DNA of 64,000 bases from Naegleria gruberi (lineage: Eukaryota): the NCBI GenBank assembly GCA_000004985.1, contig GG738925.1; one strand, given 5' to 3'. Shown here piece after piece: positions 10,024-20,509 of the stretch (position 1 is its first letter; each line of letters opens with the position of its first letter). Both the position numbers and the translations under genes were made by a program. A model generated the notes under the pieces. The model made no database searches. It had not been told where the DNA came from and saw only the letters and a program-made list of their open reading frames with translations.

Positions 10024-12217
10024 TTTCCAAAGCTTCCTTTGAGGATACTCTCTCTTCTGGGAGAAATTTGAGTGTTCCCTTCAAGAGAGTTTCCAGTTTT
10101 GCCATGGATGGCTTTCCAACTTTATCTGAATATATTCTCTCAATTTCACACTGAATGCATGCAAGTGTTTTTTCCTCTCCTTTTTGTATCATTTCCAAGA
10201 AGATATTCTTCCTCTCATTTCTTGTTAATAATTGATAGAGAACAATACCAGCGGACCATACATCGGCTTTTAGTCCATATCCTTGATTGAGTTGAAGCTC
10301 TGGGCTTTGGAATCCCATTGTTCCACTCACACTAAAAGCTCTACTTTCAACAATATGCTTGGAGAGACCAAAATCACCAACAAGAACATGCACTTTGGAG
10401 ATTTGATTTCTTTCATTCTTTTCAATGGAACCAATGAGAATATTTTGTGGTTTGATATCACGATGAATAACTTTTTTGGAGTGGAGCTCAACTAGAGCTG
10501 AGAATATTTGTTGCATGATTGAAATTATTGTTTTGAGTGGTAATATTGCAGCATCGGAAGTTCTAATGAGAGAGGACAAATCACCATATGGATAGTAGTG
10601 CATGACAATACACAGTACTGCACAGTCACTATTCGTATCGCTCTCCAAAGAAATTGGGTTGTAGTAATGTTGAAAGACATCTAAAACTTTAACAATATTT
10701 GGGTGATTGAACATAAGCATTTGGAGTGCCTCCTTCATAGCATCATTGAATGATTGATTAGAATTACTATGATCCATATCAACTGGGAGTAATTTGAGAG
10801 CTACTTGCTTTGTCTGTGAGGAAGATCCAAAATGATCTTCACACAAATAGACTGAGGAAAATCCACCACTTTGAATTTTTCTAAGAGGCAAGTATCTTTC
10901 ATTCCATAGTTGACTCTTTGGTTCTTGTGGAGAGGGAATAGATAAAGAAGATGCTGTATATGAAATATTGAAGGAGCTAAAACTCAATTTGGTGGAAGGA
11001 TTGGAAATTGGAGTAACTGGAGGAGAGTTGGTGGAAATTCTAATTTGATTAACATGTGGAGATTCCACAAGAAGGTCCAAATCATCCAACTCTATATAGT
11101 CATCACACTCTCTATCAAGGATTTCAATAAAGGAAATTCTTTGATTGCCCCTCAATATGGTTTCACACTTGTCCTTGATGAACTCTTCCACTGAATGAAT
11201 TGAAGGGAAAGGACTCTTTTGAGTGAGTTTCTTCTTTCTTGAACCGTGTTGAATCATCATGATATACCTGGGTTTATCATTCTTTTGAGAATTGTTTACA
11301 GTTGTTGTGGTCAAGTTTGGATTCACAGTATTTTCAACATGTTTCATTATCCAAGGATGATGAGTGAGATTCTTAATCAAAGATCGGGTGTAGGAATGAT
11401 TCTTGAAACACAGATTGAGGAAATCAATTACTGACTCTGAACATGACTCAGATTTAGGATAGTACTTTCTAATCATTTCTTCCATATTCTTTCCACTCGA
11501 TAACAGCTCAAATAAGGAATTCCAATCATAATCATAGAAGGGTCTTCTCTCAGTCATGAGCTCAATAACCAAACATCCAACACTCCAAATATCTGCCAAT
11601 GCTTGTTTTGTCCACTCACAACTCTTATTACATTTGAACAATGAAGGTGAGCTATAATTGATACATGGTTGATATTTAATATACTCATCTCTGGATAACA
11701 CAAATCCAATATCACACAATTTGATTTGTCCATTCCTGGATAACATGGTATTATTGGGAGTCAAATTCAGGTGTGCCATTTTGAGTTTCTGATGCATGAA
11801 CATAATACCCTGCAATACCTGATCAATATACTTGGCAATTACCTTCTCACTTGGTTTATATCCTTTCTGGGAGAGCATGGATAAGGAACCATTTTCTAGG
11901 AATTCCTCAACAACCACATAGAATTCCTCACCCTCCAAAATATTACCACTATCATTCATGATTGGAAGGGTGACACTGGCAAAGGTATGAGCCAGATATG
12001 GACTATATTCATTACTCAATTGTTTTGCTTTGAGGGTTTCAATTCGTTCTCTCAATTTTGGAACTACATCTTGATTGTAAACATGCTTGATTACTACAAA
12101 GTTTCCAGTTTGGATGTGATAGCCTTTGTAGATTTTATAGTACCAATTCTTTCCTAAACAATCAGATTCTCTATTTACTTGCTGTTCCTTCTTTGAGTAT
12201 TTTGAACTTTCTAACAA
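10001..12217 (-). CDS. Tandem protein kinase: N-terminal degenerate (pseudo)kinase domain plus C-terminal active Ser/Thr kinase domain. N-terminal extent unresolved (possibly continues to 12486).
   Basis: Domain 1 has VVIK and MAHLNLTPNNTML/CDIGF in place of HRD/DFG. Domain 2 has VALK, HRDIKPQNIL, DFGLSK and a SPE motif. The ORF has no ATG near its 5' end; its annotated M is a TTG. Confidence 0.8.
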   Translation of the reverse strand: MLESSKYSKKEQQVNRESDCLGKNWYYKIYKGYHIQTGNFVVIKHVYNQDVVPKLRERIETLKAKQLSNEYSPYLAHTFASVTLPIMNDSGNILEGEEFYVVVEEFLENGSLSMLSQKGYKPSEKVIAKYIDQVLQGIMFMHQKLKMAHLNLTPNNTMLSRNGQIKLCDIGFVLSRDEYIKYQPCINYSSPSLFKCNKSCEWTKQALADIWSVGCLVIELMTERRPFYDYDWNSLFELLSSGKNMEEMIRKYYPKSESCSESVIDFLNLCFKNHSYTRSLIKNLTHHPWIMKHVENTVNPNLTTTTVNNSQKNDKPRYIMMIQHGSRKKKLTQKSPFPSIHSVEEFIKDKCETILRGNQRISFIEILDRECDDYIELDDLDLLVESPHVNQIRISTNSPPVTPISNPSTKLSFSSFNISYTASSLSIPSPQEPKSQLWNERYLPLRKIQSGGFSSVYLCEDHFGSSSQTKQVALKLLPVDMDHSNSNQSFNDAMKEALQMLMFNHPNIVKVLDVFQHYYNPISLESDTNSDCAVLCIVMHYYPYGDLSSLIRTSDAAILPLKTIISIMQQIFSALVELHSKKVIHRDIKPQNILIGSIEKNERNQISKVHVLVGDFGLSKHIVESRAFSVSGTMGFQSPELQLNQGYGLKADVWSAGIVLYQLLTRNERKNIFLEMIQKGEEKTLACIQCEIERIYSDKVGKPSMAKLETLLKGTLKFLPEERVSSKEALEIITAHVY

Positions 12218-12486
12218 CTTACATAGTTTCCAATATTTAACAAGGAATTTCCTGGATTGATTGCATGGCTTTCACTCGAAATACTACAACGTCTAAAGTT
12301 TTGATCATAGAATAGGAGAGGTCGTTTCCAATTCTCTTCCTCATCATCCACCAACAGATTATTTCCCAGCAATTGATTATTGTCATTAATTATTTGACAC
12401 GTAGCAGGTTCTAAATTTTCAGGATTTGCTGCTGCTTGTTCAAAACCTCGATCAGAGGAGTTTTTAGGAGAAGCAACTTGTTGCAT
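12211..12486 (-). CDS. possible first coding exon of the tandem-kinase gene (91-aa ORF with ATG in A-rich context)
   Basis: ATAAAAATGCAACAAG start context. The ORF ends ...NIGNY then GTAAGT. A 32-nt GTAAGT..CAAAG interval (12191..12222) would join in frame to KEQQVNRESDCLGKNWYYKIYKG of the kinase ORF. That intron would be unusually short, so this is tentative. Confidence 0.3.
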   Translation of the reverse strand: MQQVASPKNSSDRGFEQAAANPENLEPATCQIINDNNQLLGNNLLVDDEEENWKRPLLFYDQNFRRCSISSESHAINPGNSLLNIGNYVSC

Positions 12487-12933
12487 TTTTATTTGTATTG
12501 CAATTGGTAATTTCCCAACTATGTACTACCATATTTGGAAATTTGTGATATCTATATCACAAGAGAATCTTTGAAGGATATCTATCTCTATTATCCTTAA
12601 ATCTGTTGTTGACTGTGCAACAAATCTTCAAGAACTTGTTACATGTTTGCCTTAATATTTAACAGAATGCTACAAAGATGTTATTGTGGACCAAATTTTC
12701 CTCAATCCCAAGCAATATTACTACTTCATGAACAACGTTCCATATTAAACTGCTCCACCGAGCATGTGCTGGTATAGGAAAAACTCAGGTCATGAAACCT
12801 GAAAACAATTCGCTCAATATTAACATCACCTCGATTTATTTGGAACGGTGAGAGAAGAACTTTGGACTAGAAGAAGAACAAGGAGAGAAAAAATTGTCCA
12901 CACACACATTTCAATAGAACCGCATACACACAC

Positions 12934-15082
12934 GTGATGACCATGAGTGAAGAAAATCAACCTCAATCATCATCACGCTGCTCTTCCCCGACTTGTTCCC
13001 TTAATGATTCAGCATCCTCCTCAATAACAATGGCAACAGTATCATCGGTGGTGACTAAGAGTGATCTGATTTTGAATATTGCTGTTGGGAATAATTTTGG
13101 AGAAGAAGAAGAAGAGCGAGCAAGTGTTGTACAGAATAACTATTATTCAACTCCCTTACATACACATCGAGAAAGTGGGTTGATATCGAGTGCAGTTCCC
13201 TTCACTACTTCACCTCAACATTGTTCATCATCAACATCGATTAAGAGAATGGTTCAGATCAATATTAGTTCGGAGGTTACATTGGGACAAATGAAGAGGT
13301 GTCTCACGAATGTTATGGCTTGTGATATTCATGCTGTATTTGTGAGAGTCCTGTGTTCGAGATGTGAAAATTCATATACACTTCTTGGTGAGACCAATAA
13401 GCTCTATCTTACTGATCAATATTCGGAAAAAACAAAACTCTCATTCAGTAAGGGAGTTGAAATTGAATATAATTTTGAAATGTTGAATTCTATAAGATTG
13501 GAGTTGTATGGTTTTGCAGCAGTTACTTTGAGATCATCCATTGATTATAGTGCATCATATAGTGAGGACGCCAAGTTTATTGGTTTTTCAAGAGATATTG
13601 AACTGATTCATATTGTGAATGGTAAACAATCAAAAATTGAACTGTACTCTGGGAGAGAGACACTGATATCGAGTTTAAATTTACAAAGCGATCTCTACTA
13701 TGAGATTGGTAACAATCAAGAATTGAGAGATTTGATAGAATCAACCAAACGATGTGACCTTGCCGAGTTGGAGACATTATTGACAGAAGTGCCACCAACC
13801 ATTTTCACGGAAACAAACATGATCACTTTCAAATGTAGAGCTATGGGATTGGATAGGAAAGATATATTCGCTCTCAGTGACCCTTTTATTGTGATTTTGA
13901 ATGATGAAAAGGAAATTTTCAGGAGTGAAGTTATTAAGGTAAGTTATTTCTAAAGTTTATTATGTGAAATAATTTCTATTTTTTAAAATTTATAATATTT
14001 AGAATATGCTCGATCCTGAATGGAATAGTTTTTCGATATCTTCATCCAAGCTTTGTGAAAATGACTATAACAAACAATTGAAAGTGAGATGCTATGATTG
14101 GGATTTAATATCTAGTAATGACCTCATTGGAGAGTTTTACTTTACTATTCTCCAAGTACTCAATGGAAATAAGCTCTATGAAATTATAGAGCCAAACCTT
14201 GCCAGAAAGAAAAAGGGATACAAACACTCTGGCATCTTTCAATTTTTACATGTGACAGAGTTTATGGGCAATGAGGAGAGTAAAAATCCAGAAAGAATAA
14301 TCTATGAAAAGATGATATGTTTAAAGAAGAATAAGGAGCTACTCTTCATGGATTATATAGAAGATGGATTCAATCTCTCTCTACACTTTGCAATTAGTTT
14401 CAGTAAGGAAAATTCTTCATTACATTTTCAAGGTAACAAGAATACCTATGAAAGAGTTTTGAAAACCTTTGGAAGAGTATGCGAGTGTTATTGTGATACT
14501 GAATTTTCCATGTATGGATATTCAGCAATCCAAAGAACAGCAAGTTCTCCTCAACAACAGCCATTCTTTACCTTAGACGACATGTATATAAATTCAATGA
14601 AATTTACAGGATACGAGAGAGCAATTAATACCTACCGAACAGGTTTGCAAAATATTGATTTTGATGAATTATCAAATGTGAGAAATCCAAAAACTAATCT
14701 CAATTTTAGAAATGATGATTTCTATCACTTGATTAATCATGTTTCGAACAATGTGGAAGAAAATGAGAAAACCTACAAGGTTCTTGTTATCATGATTAAT
14801 GGAGATGATATTGAGCTACAAAGAACTGTTGATGCACTTGTCGATTGCAGTTCTAAACCCATATCAATAATAATACTAGGAGTTGGATCCTGTTCCTTCT
14901 CCTCCTGTAAAATTCTATTCAGCAATAACCAATTTCAACATGGCTCAACTGGAAAGAAACCAATTCGGTGCAATGTTAAATTTGTTAGACTTCAAGATGT
15001 AAATGAGAATGCCTATTCGAAAATACTTGCAGATATTCCAAAGCAATTTGTAGAATATTATCAAATTAATAAAGTTTTCTGA
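12934..15082 (+). CDS. Copine-like protein (C2 domain(s) plus vWA-like domain). Exons join(12934..13938,14003..15082).
   Basis: C2B-like segment LSDPFIVILNDEKEIFRSEVIK|NMLDPEWNSF...LKVRCYDWDLISSNDLIGEF spans the junction. Donor AAG|GTAAGT at 13939 and acceptor ...ATATTTAG at 14002 give a 64-nt, phase-0 intron. The C-terminal vWA-like region is KVLVIMINGDDIELQRTVDALVDCSSKPISIIILGVG. Confidence 0.8.
13939..14002 (+). other. intron (64 nt) of copine-like gene
   Basis: GTAAGT...TTTAG. Joins two long ORFs in frame within a C2 domain. Confidence 0.8.
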
Positions 15083-15166
15083 AAGGCTCGATTGCTTATT
15101 CGAAACATTTCACTCTCACATCCAATAAAGGCTTTGCTAATTGGCGCCAAAATAACGATTAAAAAA

Positions 15167-18096
15167 ATGTCGCAAGAACAAACTCTCGAACAACAAGAAA
15201 CAGTGGAGGAAGATTCTCATCTTGTGGTCGATTTGGATTCGATAGAGCATACTGTCATTGGTTTGGCATTGGAAGGTAGAGAGGAACATCCACTTGCTAA
15301 ATTCCAAACACTCTCTGTTGAGGAATTATATAAACAACACTTTCAATTGAATGGAAGTAATACAACATCAATGAAGGCTATTTTCGACAATGGTCTCGAT
15401 GATGAACAAGTTAAACAACAACGACAAAAATTCGGGGAGAATGATATTTATACAAAATTAGTGGAAAAGTCTAGTTCGAAAATTTCATTCTGGAAGGTTT
15501 TCATTTCCGAAGTGAGAGAACCAATGATTTTAATGTTGTTTGTGGTTGGAATATTATATTTCATTTGGGATTCATTGTGGAATGCTATTGTTGTGTTTTC
15601 CTGCATTATCTTGATGGTTTTGGTCGAGGTTGGAAATGAATACAGATCAAAGAGAGGCGTGATGGAGCTCAAGTCTTCTTATTTCATGTCAAAGACTTGT
15701 ACTGTAAGGAGAAATGGTATTCTTTCTAATATTTCAGTTTCTGATCTTGTTCCAGGAGATGTTATTAACTTTAATGGAGGACAAATTCTTCCAGCTGATG
15801 TGAGACTTTATAATTATGAAAATAGACAGATTAGTGTTCAAGTGGATGAATCTATTTTGACTGGTGAATCAATGGTTTGCAATAAGCATGGTAACAACAT
15901 CTCTTCGAATGAAGACATGTCAAAGTGTGAAAACATTCTACTGACAGGAACCTCAATCAAGAAAGGAAAAGGTTTCGGTATAGTAGTTAATGTTGGTTGT
16001 GAAAATACTGGACTCGGTAATATTCTCAAGCTATTAGGTAAAAGTATGGAAAAGGATAAGAAAACTGAACTCCAAAAAACTATGAAAGAACTTGCCAAGT
16101 ATTTGACAATCATATCTATTGTGATGGCTTCCATTATTGTCATTGTAGGTTGGATTAGAGGATTTGACTGGAAAAAGATGCTACTTTCAGGACTCAGTAT
16201 TATGTTTGCCACTATTCCTGAGGAATTACCAATCATCATTAAGAGCGTTCTTGCTTTGGGCTCTCTTAATCTCTCAAAAAGAGTCTTCTCATTAAGAAAC
16301 TTCATGTTCCAGAATCTTTGGCCAATATTACACATATAATAACAGATAAGACAGGTACAATTACTAAAAATTGTCTCCAACTCATTCAAGTCAATCAGGT
16401 TGATAAGGATGGAAATGTAGATCTTGTCTACGATACAAAGAAACAAATGGAAAAGAATAATTGGATTATAGAATGGTTGCTTTCTGGTTATACTGAAGTT
16501 GGTGCGGATTTAGCTGATCCATTTGAAAAGAGTGTTTCTGAAGAGTTAGAAAGATGTTCTAACCAATCGTGGAAAGGATTTTTGAAAAACAGAACTGAAA
16601 ACTCTTACAGCATTGTAGATGAGATGCCATTCGATCATACCAAAGGGTTTGCTACCCTTATTCTTTCTTCTGGAGAATCTAAGTTTGTTACTCATAAGGG
16701 AATTCCAGAGAGAATGATCACTAATTGTTTGTTCTACCAAGTATCTAATGAATCAGAACAAGTACCAATGACTGAAGAGGTAAGAGAACGTATCCTATCG
16801 TTTTTGGAGGTTGAAACAACGAAAGGAATGAGAGTAATTTGTCTATGCAAAGACAATGAACAATCACAGATGGTTTTTGTGTCATTGCTTTCATTCACAG
16901 ACCCTCTTAGAAGTGGTGTCAAGGAAGCAATTTCTGATTGCAAAAATGCAGGAATTAAGGTAATAATTGTGAGTGGTGATCACACAAACACAGTAATATC
17001 AGCAGCTAGGGAATGTGGACTATTGAGCAGTGTAAAACAAGATTTATTAGTTGAAGAGCATGAGCATTCAGAAGATGAAGACATTGAATTAGAAGCTTCC
17101 CTTCTCTCCAATAGACAATCTGTATGTATTGAAGGAAAGGATGTCAACGATAAAATGGATGTTGACTCTGTTTGTGCCATTTCGAGAGCAACACCTCAAA
17201 ATAAGTACGACTTGGTTGAAATGTTAAAAGAACAGAAGGGATATAAGGTTCTCGTCTCAGGTGATGGTATGAATGATGTTCCAGCAATTTCCAATGCAAC
17301 TGTTGGAATTGCTATGAGATCTGGAGTTGATTTGGCGAAAGAGGCAGCTGAAATCATCATAATGGATGATAATTTTGCTACCATTGTGGCTGGCATTAGA
17401 GAAGGAAGAAGATTGTATGCAAATTTGAGAAAATCTTTGCAATTCTACTTGTCATGCAAAGTCACCCTTGTTGTATTGTTTGTTACAAACATGATTGTTG
17501 GTGGTTCGAGTGCTATTCCATTTATTCCTCTCGAGCCAATGCAAATTATTCTTCTAGAACTATTTAGTGATATTGGAGCAGCCACTACCTTTGTGTTGGA
17601 AGAGGAAGAGGAAACCTTAATGAAAAATCCACCAAGGACCGAGAAGAATTTTGTTGACAAATCCTTTATTTATCACATAATAATTGGCTCCATATCTCTC
17701 TTTGCTACAGTATTCTCATCTTACATGTTAGGAGTGTTTGTGCTATCTCCAATGTATGGTCTTGAAGGTTCCTCTCACCAAGAATATGCTCAAAGTATGA
17801 CAATGATTGCTTGGCTGATTGGTCACGTCTTTTTAGGTTACAATTTCAGAACTATATCTACCCCTCTAACGATTCACGGTATTTTCTCAAACACTATGAT
17901 GAATGTTTGGTTTGCTGTTGTGTTGATTTCAGTTTTGCTACTCCAATTTGTTCCAATCCTCTACACTGCTCTGAGGTTGCAACCTTTGGGATTTATTGGG
18001 CATATTTCTATTTGGCTCCTCATTCTCATATTTATTGGATGGCAGGAAGCACTGAAATGGATAACAAGGTTATTGAAAATTAAACAAACTCTTTAA
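15167..18096 (+). CDS. P-type cation-transporting ATPase (type II, Ca-ATPase-like). The reading frame is broken by an apparent 1-nt deletion in an A5 run at 16276..16280.
   Basis: N-terminal cation-ATPase region, TGES, PADVRL, DKTGTIT, DPLR, VSGDGMNDVPA and a C-terminal TM bundle. The frame-1 ORF (to 16339) and the frame-2 ORF (from 16270) together read LALGSLNLSK / KSLLIKKLHVPESLANITHIITDKTGT. This aligns gap-free to SERCA [37 protein letters not shown] if one extra A is present. ATG at 15167 in an A-rich context. Confidence 0.8.
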
Positions 18097-18488
18097 ACCG
18101 AATATATCTATTTAAGGAAGCCTAGTTATGCAAAATAATCCAATCACCACAGCTTTTCGATATTCAGTCACAGATTCTGAAACGGTCCTAATAAGAGAAC
18201 AATATTAATTATTTGTGTTAATGAAGACGATTACTGTAAAGTTGGGAGATACTGATATAATGCAGCCTTAAAACCACACGAACAAAAATGTCAGCAACTG
18301 GGCCCTATTATTCATCTACAACGGATGAAGGCACTAATATTAATTTTCCTCACCTTCATAGTTGCTCTTTTCTTTCACATTATGAGGTAGAAGTGTTTTC
18401 AAACACAAAATTACTCAAATGAACTCTCATGCATTTTAAATATTTAACAATAATTGAATATTGAATATTGTAAACACTAAAAAAATTC

Positions 18489-19052
18489 ATGATGAGGAAA
18501 TCAACAATCAAAACATCCACACCATCAGCTCTGAAACGTAATAATCTCTCCTCGCTCACACTCTCCTCTCTATATATTTGTTTCAACATTCGTCTATTAG
18601 ATTGGTTTGGTATGCATGGAATTGTCTTGTATCCTTTTGTATTATTTGCTCTCCCAAAGGATTGTCTGTACAAGGAATTAATTCAACACGAATTGATCCA
18701 TGCAAGGCAGATTAAACGAGAAGGCTTCTTCTCCTTCTACTTTTCCTATGCGAAGGAATTGATGATGAATATTGGAAGGGAATTATTGAAAGCCTTTGCA
18801 AAACAAGAACCAAAGAAGAGAAAGTCATCAAGATCAACAGCTGTTAGTATTGAAAGTAGTGGTGGTGGATTTTCTCTTGGGAAGATGATGAGAAATATTT
18901 CCTATGAAGATGAAGCCTACGGCTTGGAACATGTATCATTGTATGATGAAGAGAAGAAATATTTGAAGGATAGATTTGATATTGATATGGATGATTTGAT
19001 GACAGAGGAGGAATATAATTCGGGCGATGTTTATAGTAGTTGTGATGAATAA
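18489..19052 (+). CDS. Small protein with HExxH zinc-metallopeptidase-like motif resembling bacterial DUF4157 (the real start is probably at an internal Met)
   Basis: GMHGIVLYPFVLFALPKDCLYKELIQHELIHARQ. A hydrophobic stretch followed by HELxHxxQ matches the DUF4157 signature (LLAHELTHVVQQ). Acidic C-terminal tail. Confidence 0.45.
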   Translation: MMRKSTIKTSTPSALKRNNLSSLTLSSLYICFNIRLLDWFGMHGIVLYPFVLFALPKDCLYKELIQHELIHARQIKREGFFSFYFSYAKELMMNIGRELLKAFAKQEPKKRKSSRSTAVSIESSGGGFSLGKMMRNISYEDEAYGLEHVSLYDEEKKYLKDRFDIDMDDLMTEEEYNSGDVYSSCDE

Positions 19053-19310
19053 TTTTCGATTTTGTGAGATTATGAAATTAATTTTGAAATTTAATATTGT
19101 TTGGTTGATGATAAGACTACTCAACTACAACAAAAGTTGATAATCTTCATCAGTAGACTAGATTGAAAGCAAGAAATCCATTGCTTGCCAAATTGCCGCA
19201 GATATTTAAACTTATTACCGTTACACTTTTATAAATTAATAAATTAATTCAATAAAATTCATTTATTATTAATAGCCTAAACCACAACCTCTCCCAACTA
19301 ACTATTATCT

Positions 19311-20030
19311 ATGATATGCCATCAAAACCTTTCAAAAGATGAAAATATAAATACTGGAAAATCAACCAACAAAAAAACCATAGAAATGGACCATCATACA
19401 AATCATCATCATTATTCGGGACAAGGCTTTAATCATAATGAAGGGAATAATCATCCCTACTATCAACCTAGAAATCCAATGAATAGAGCTAAAAGTCATG
19501 AAGATGTTTGTTTGCAGAGAATGGTTGGATTGAGAGAACAACATTCCAAGTCAACTCAACAATTAATGACTCAACTCAATTTGGCTAAGGAATTGGTTAA
19601 GGAAAGAGTGGTTATAAAAGAAAGTGCTAAGAGAAGAGAATCATCATCAGATGAGAATGTCACCCAAAACTATTCAGCCTCAGCTGATGAAGTTCAGCAA
19701 ATGAGAAGACAAAATCGATTGGGAAAAACATCATTGACAGCTATGAAATATCTCAGTAGTGTCGATCACAGGAGAAGCAGTAGTTTATTGGGAGTGAATA
19801 CAATTATTCACAAAAAGAAACCAGTCAACTGCTCTGAAAATATCCAATATTGTCAAAATGTTGAAGAGGACATCCATGGAGTGCCATTAGAAGATGAATC
19901 TAGTCAACCACCCACACAAAAAACAATTGTGGTAAACATTAATGAAAAGCTAAAAACTGGAGCAAAAAGAAGTGCAACTCAATCCAATCTCCTACACCAA
20001 CATTCATCGTCTGAATTGAAAAAGATTTAA
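19311..20030 (+). CDS. hypothetical basic/His-rich protein (239 aa)
   Basis: ORF with ATG start. No recognised domain. Confidence 0.35.
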   Translation: MICHQNLSKDENINTGKSTNKKTIEMDHHTNHHHYSGQGFNHNEGNNHPYYQPRNPMNRAKSHEDVCLQRMVGLREQHSKSTQQLMTQLNLAKELVKERVVIKESAKRRESSSDENVTQNYSASADEVQQMRRQNRLGKTSLTAMKYLSSVDHRRSSSLLGVNTIIHKKKPVNCSENIQYCQNVEEDIHGVPLEDESSQPPTQKTIVVNINEKLKTGAKRSATQSNLLHQHSSSELKKI

Positions 20031-20509
20031 TCTCAATTTTTCATAATTAGAACACAATTGTACTAATTTGCTCACAAATTCTGTAAATATTCGCAATAAC
20101 ACATCATTGACAATTACTATTTATTAATTTAGAGTTCTCTACATATTATACAACAAACAAGATTAATTTAGGTTTACAAAAATACAATTTTGAAATCCAA
20201 TTGCCTTCACTCAAGGAAAGATAAATTATAAAGAGTAGTCAACCACGAAATGTTGCATTCAATAATACTTTCAATTTCCGTGAAAGTTAAACACATCCCA
20301 CAATCAGCGTACTCATTCTCCTTTTCGAGCGTAAAATTCCACATTAACTTTCAACTAAGCCCAAGTTTAAAATGATTCTGAAAACATGAGCGGGAAGCTG
20401 CTCGAAAACTCCCAGCTGGCATCATCGATAGAAAAAATCACACAAAGAGCCCTTGTTGTATTTCGTCTCTTTTCGAATAGTTTCAGATTTTCGCAAAAGC
20501 TTCTTGAAA

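Noticed and set aside
12211-12222. 12-nt GTAAGTTGTTAG as an intron joining the 91-aa ORF to the kinase
   Set aside because: It is far too short for spliceosomal excision. The 32-nt alternative is the minimum conceivable and is still flagged as doubtful.
16318-16339. The track's 'MANITHII' start for the second ATPase ORF
   Set aside because: The codon is TTG and the frame is open upstream to 16270. It is the continuation of the ATPase after the homopolymer frameshift, not a start.
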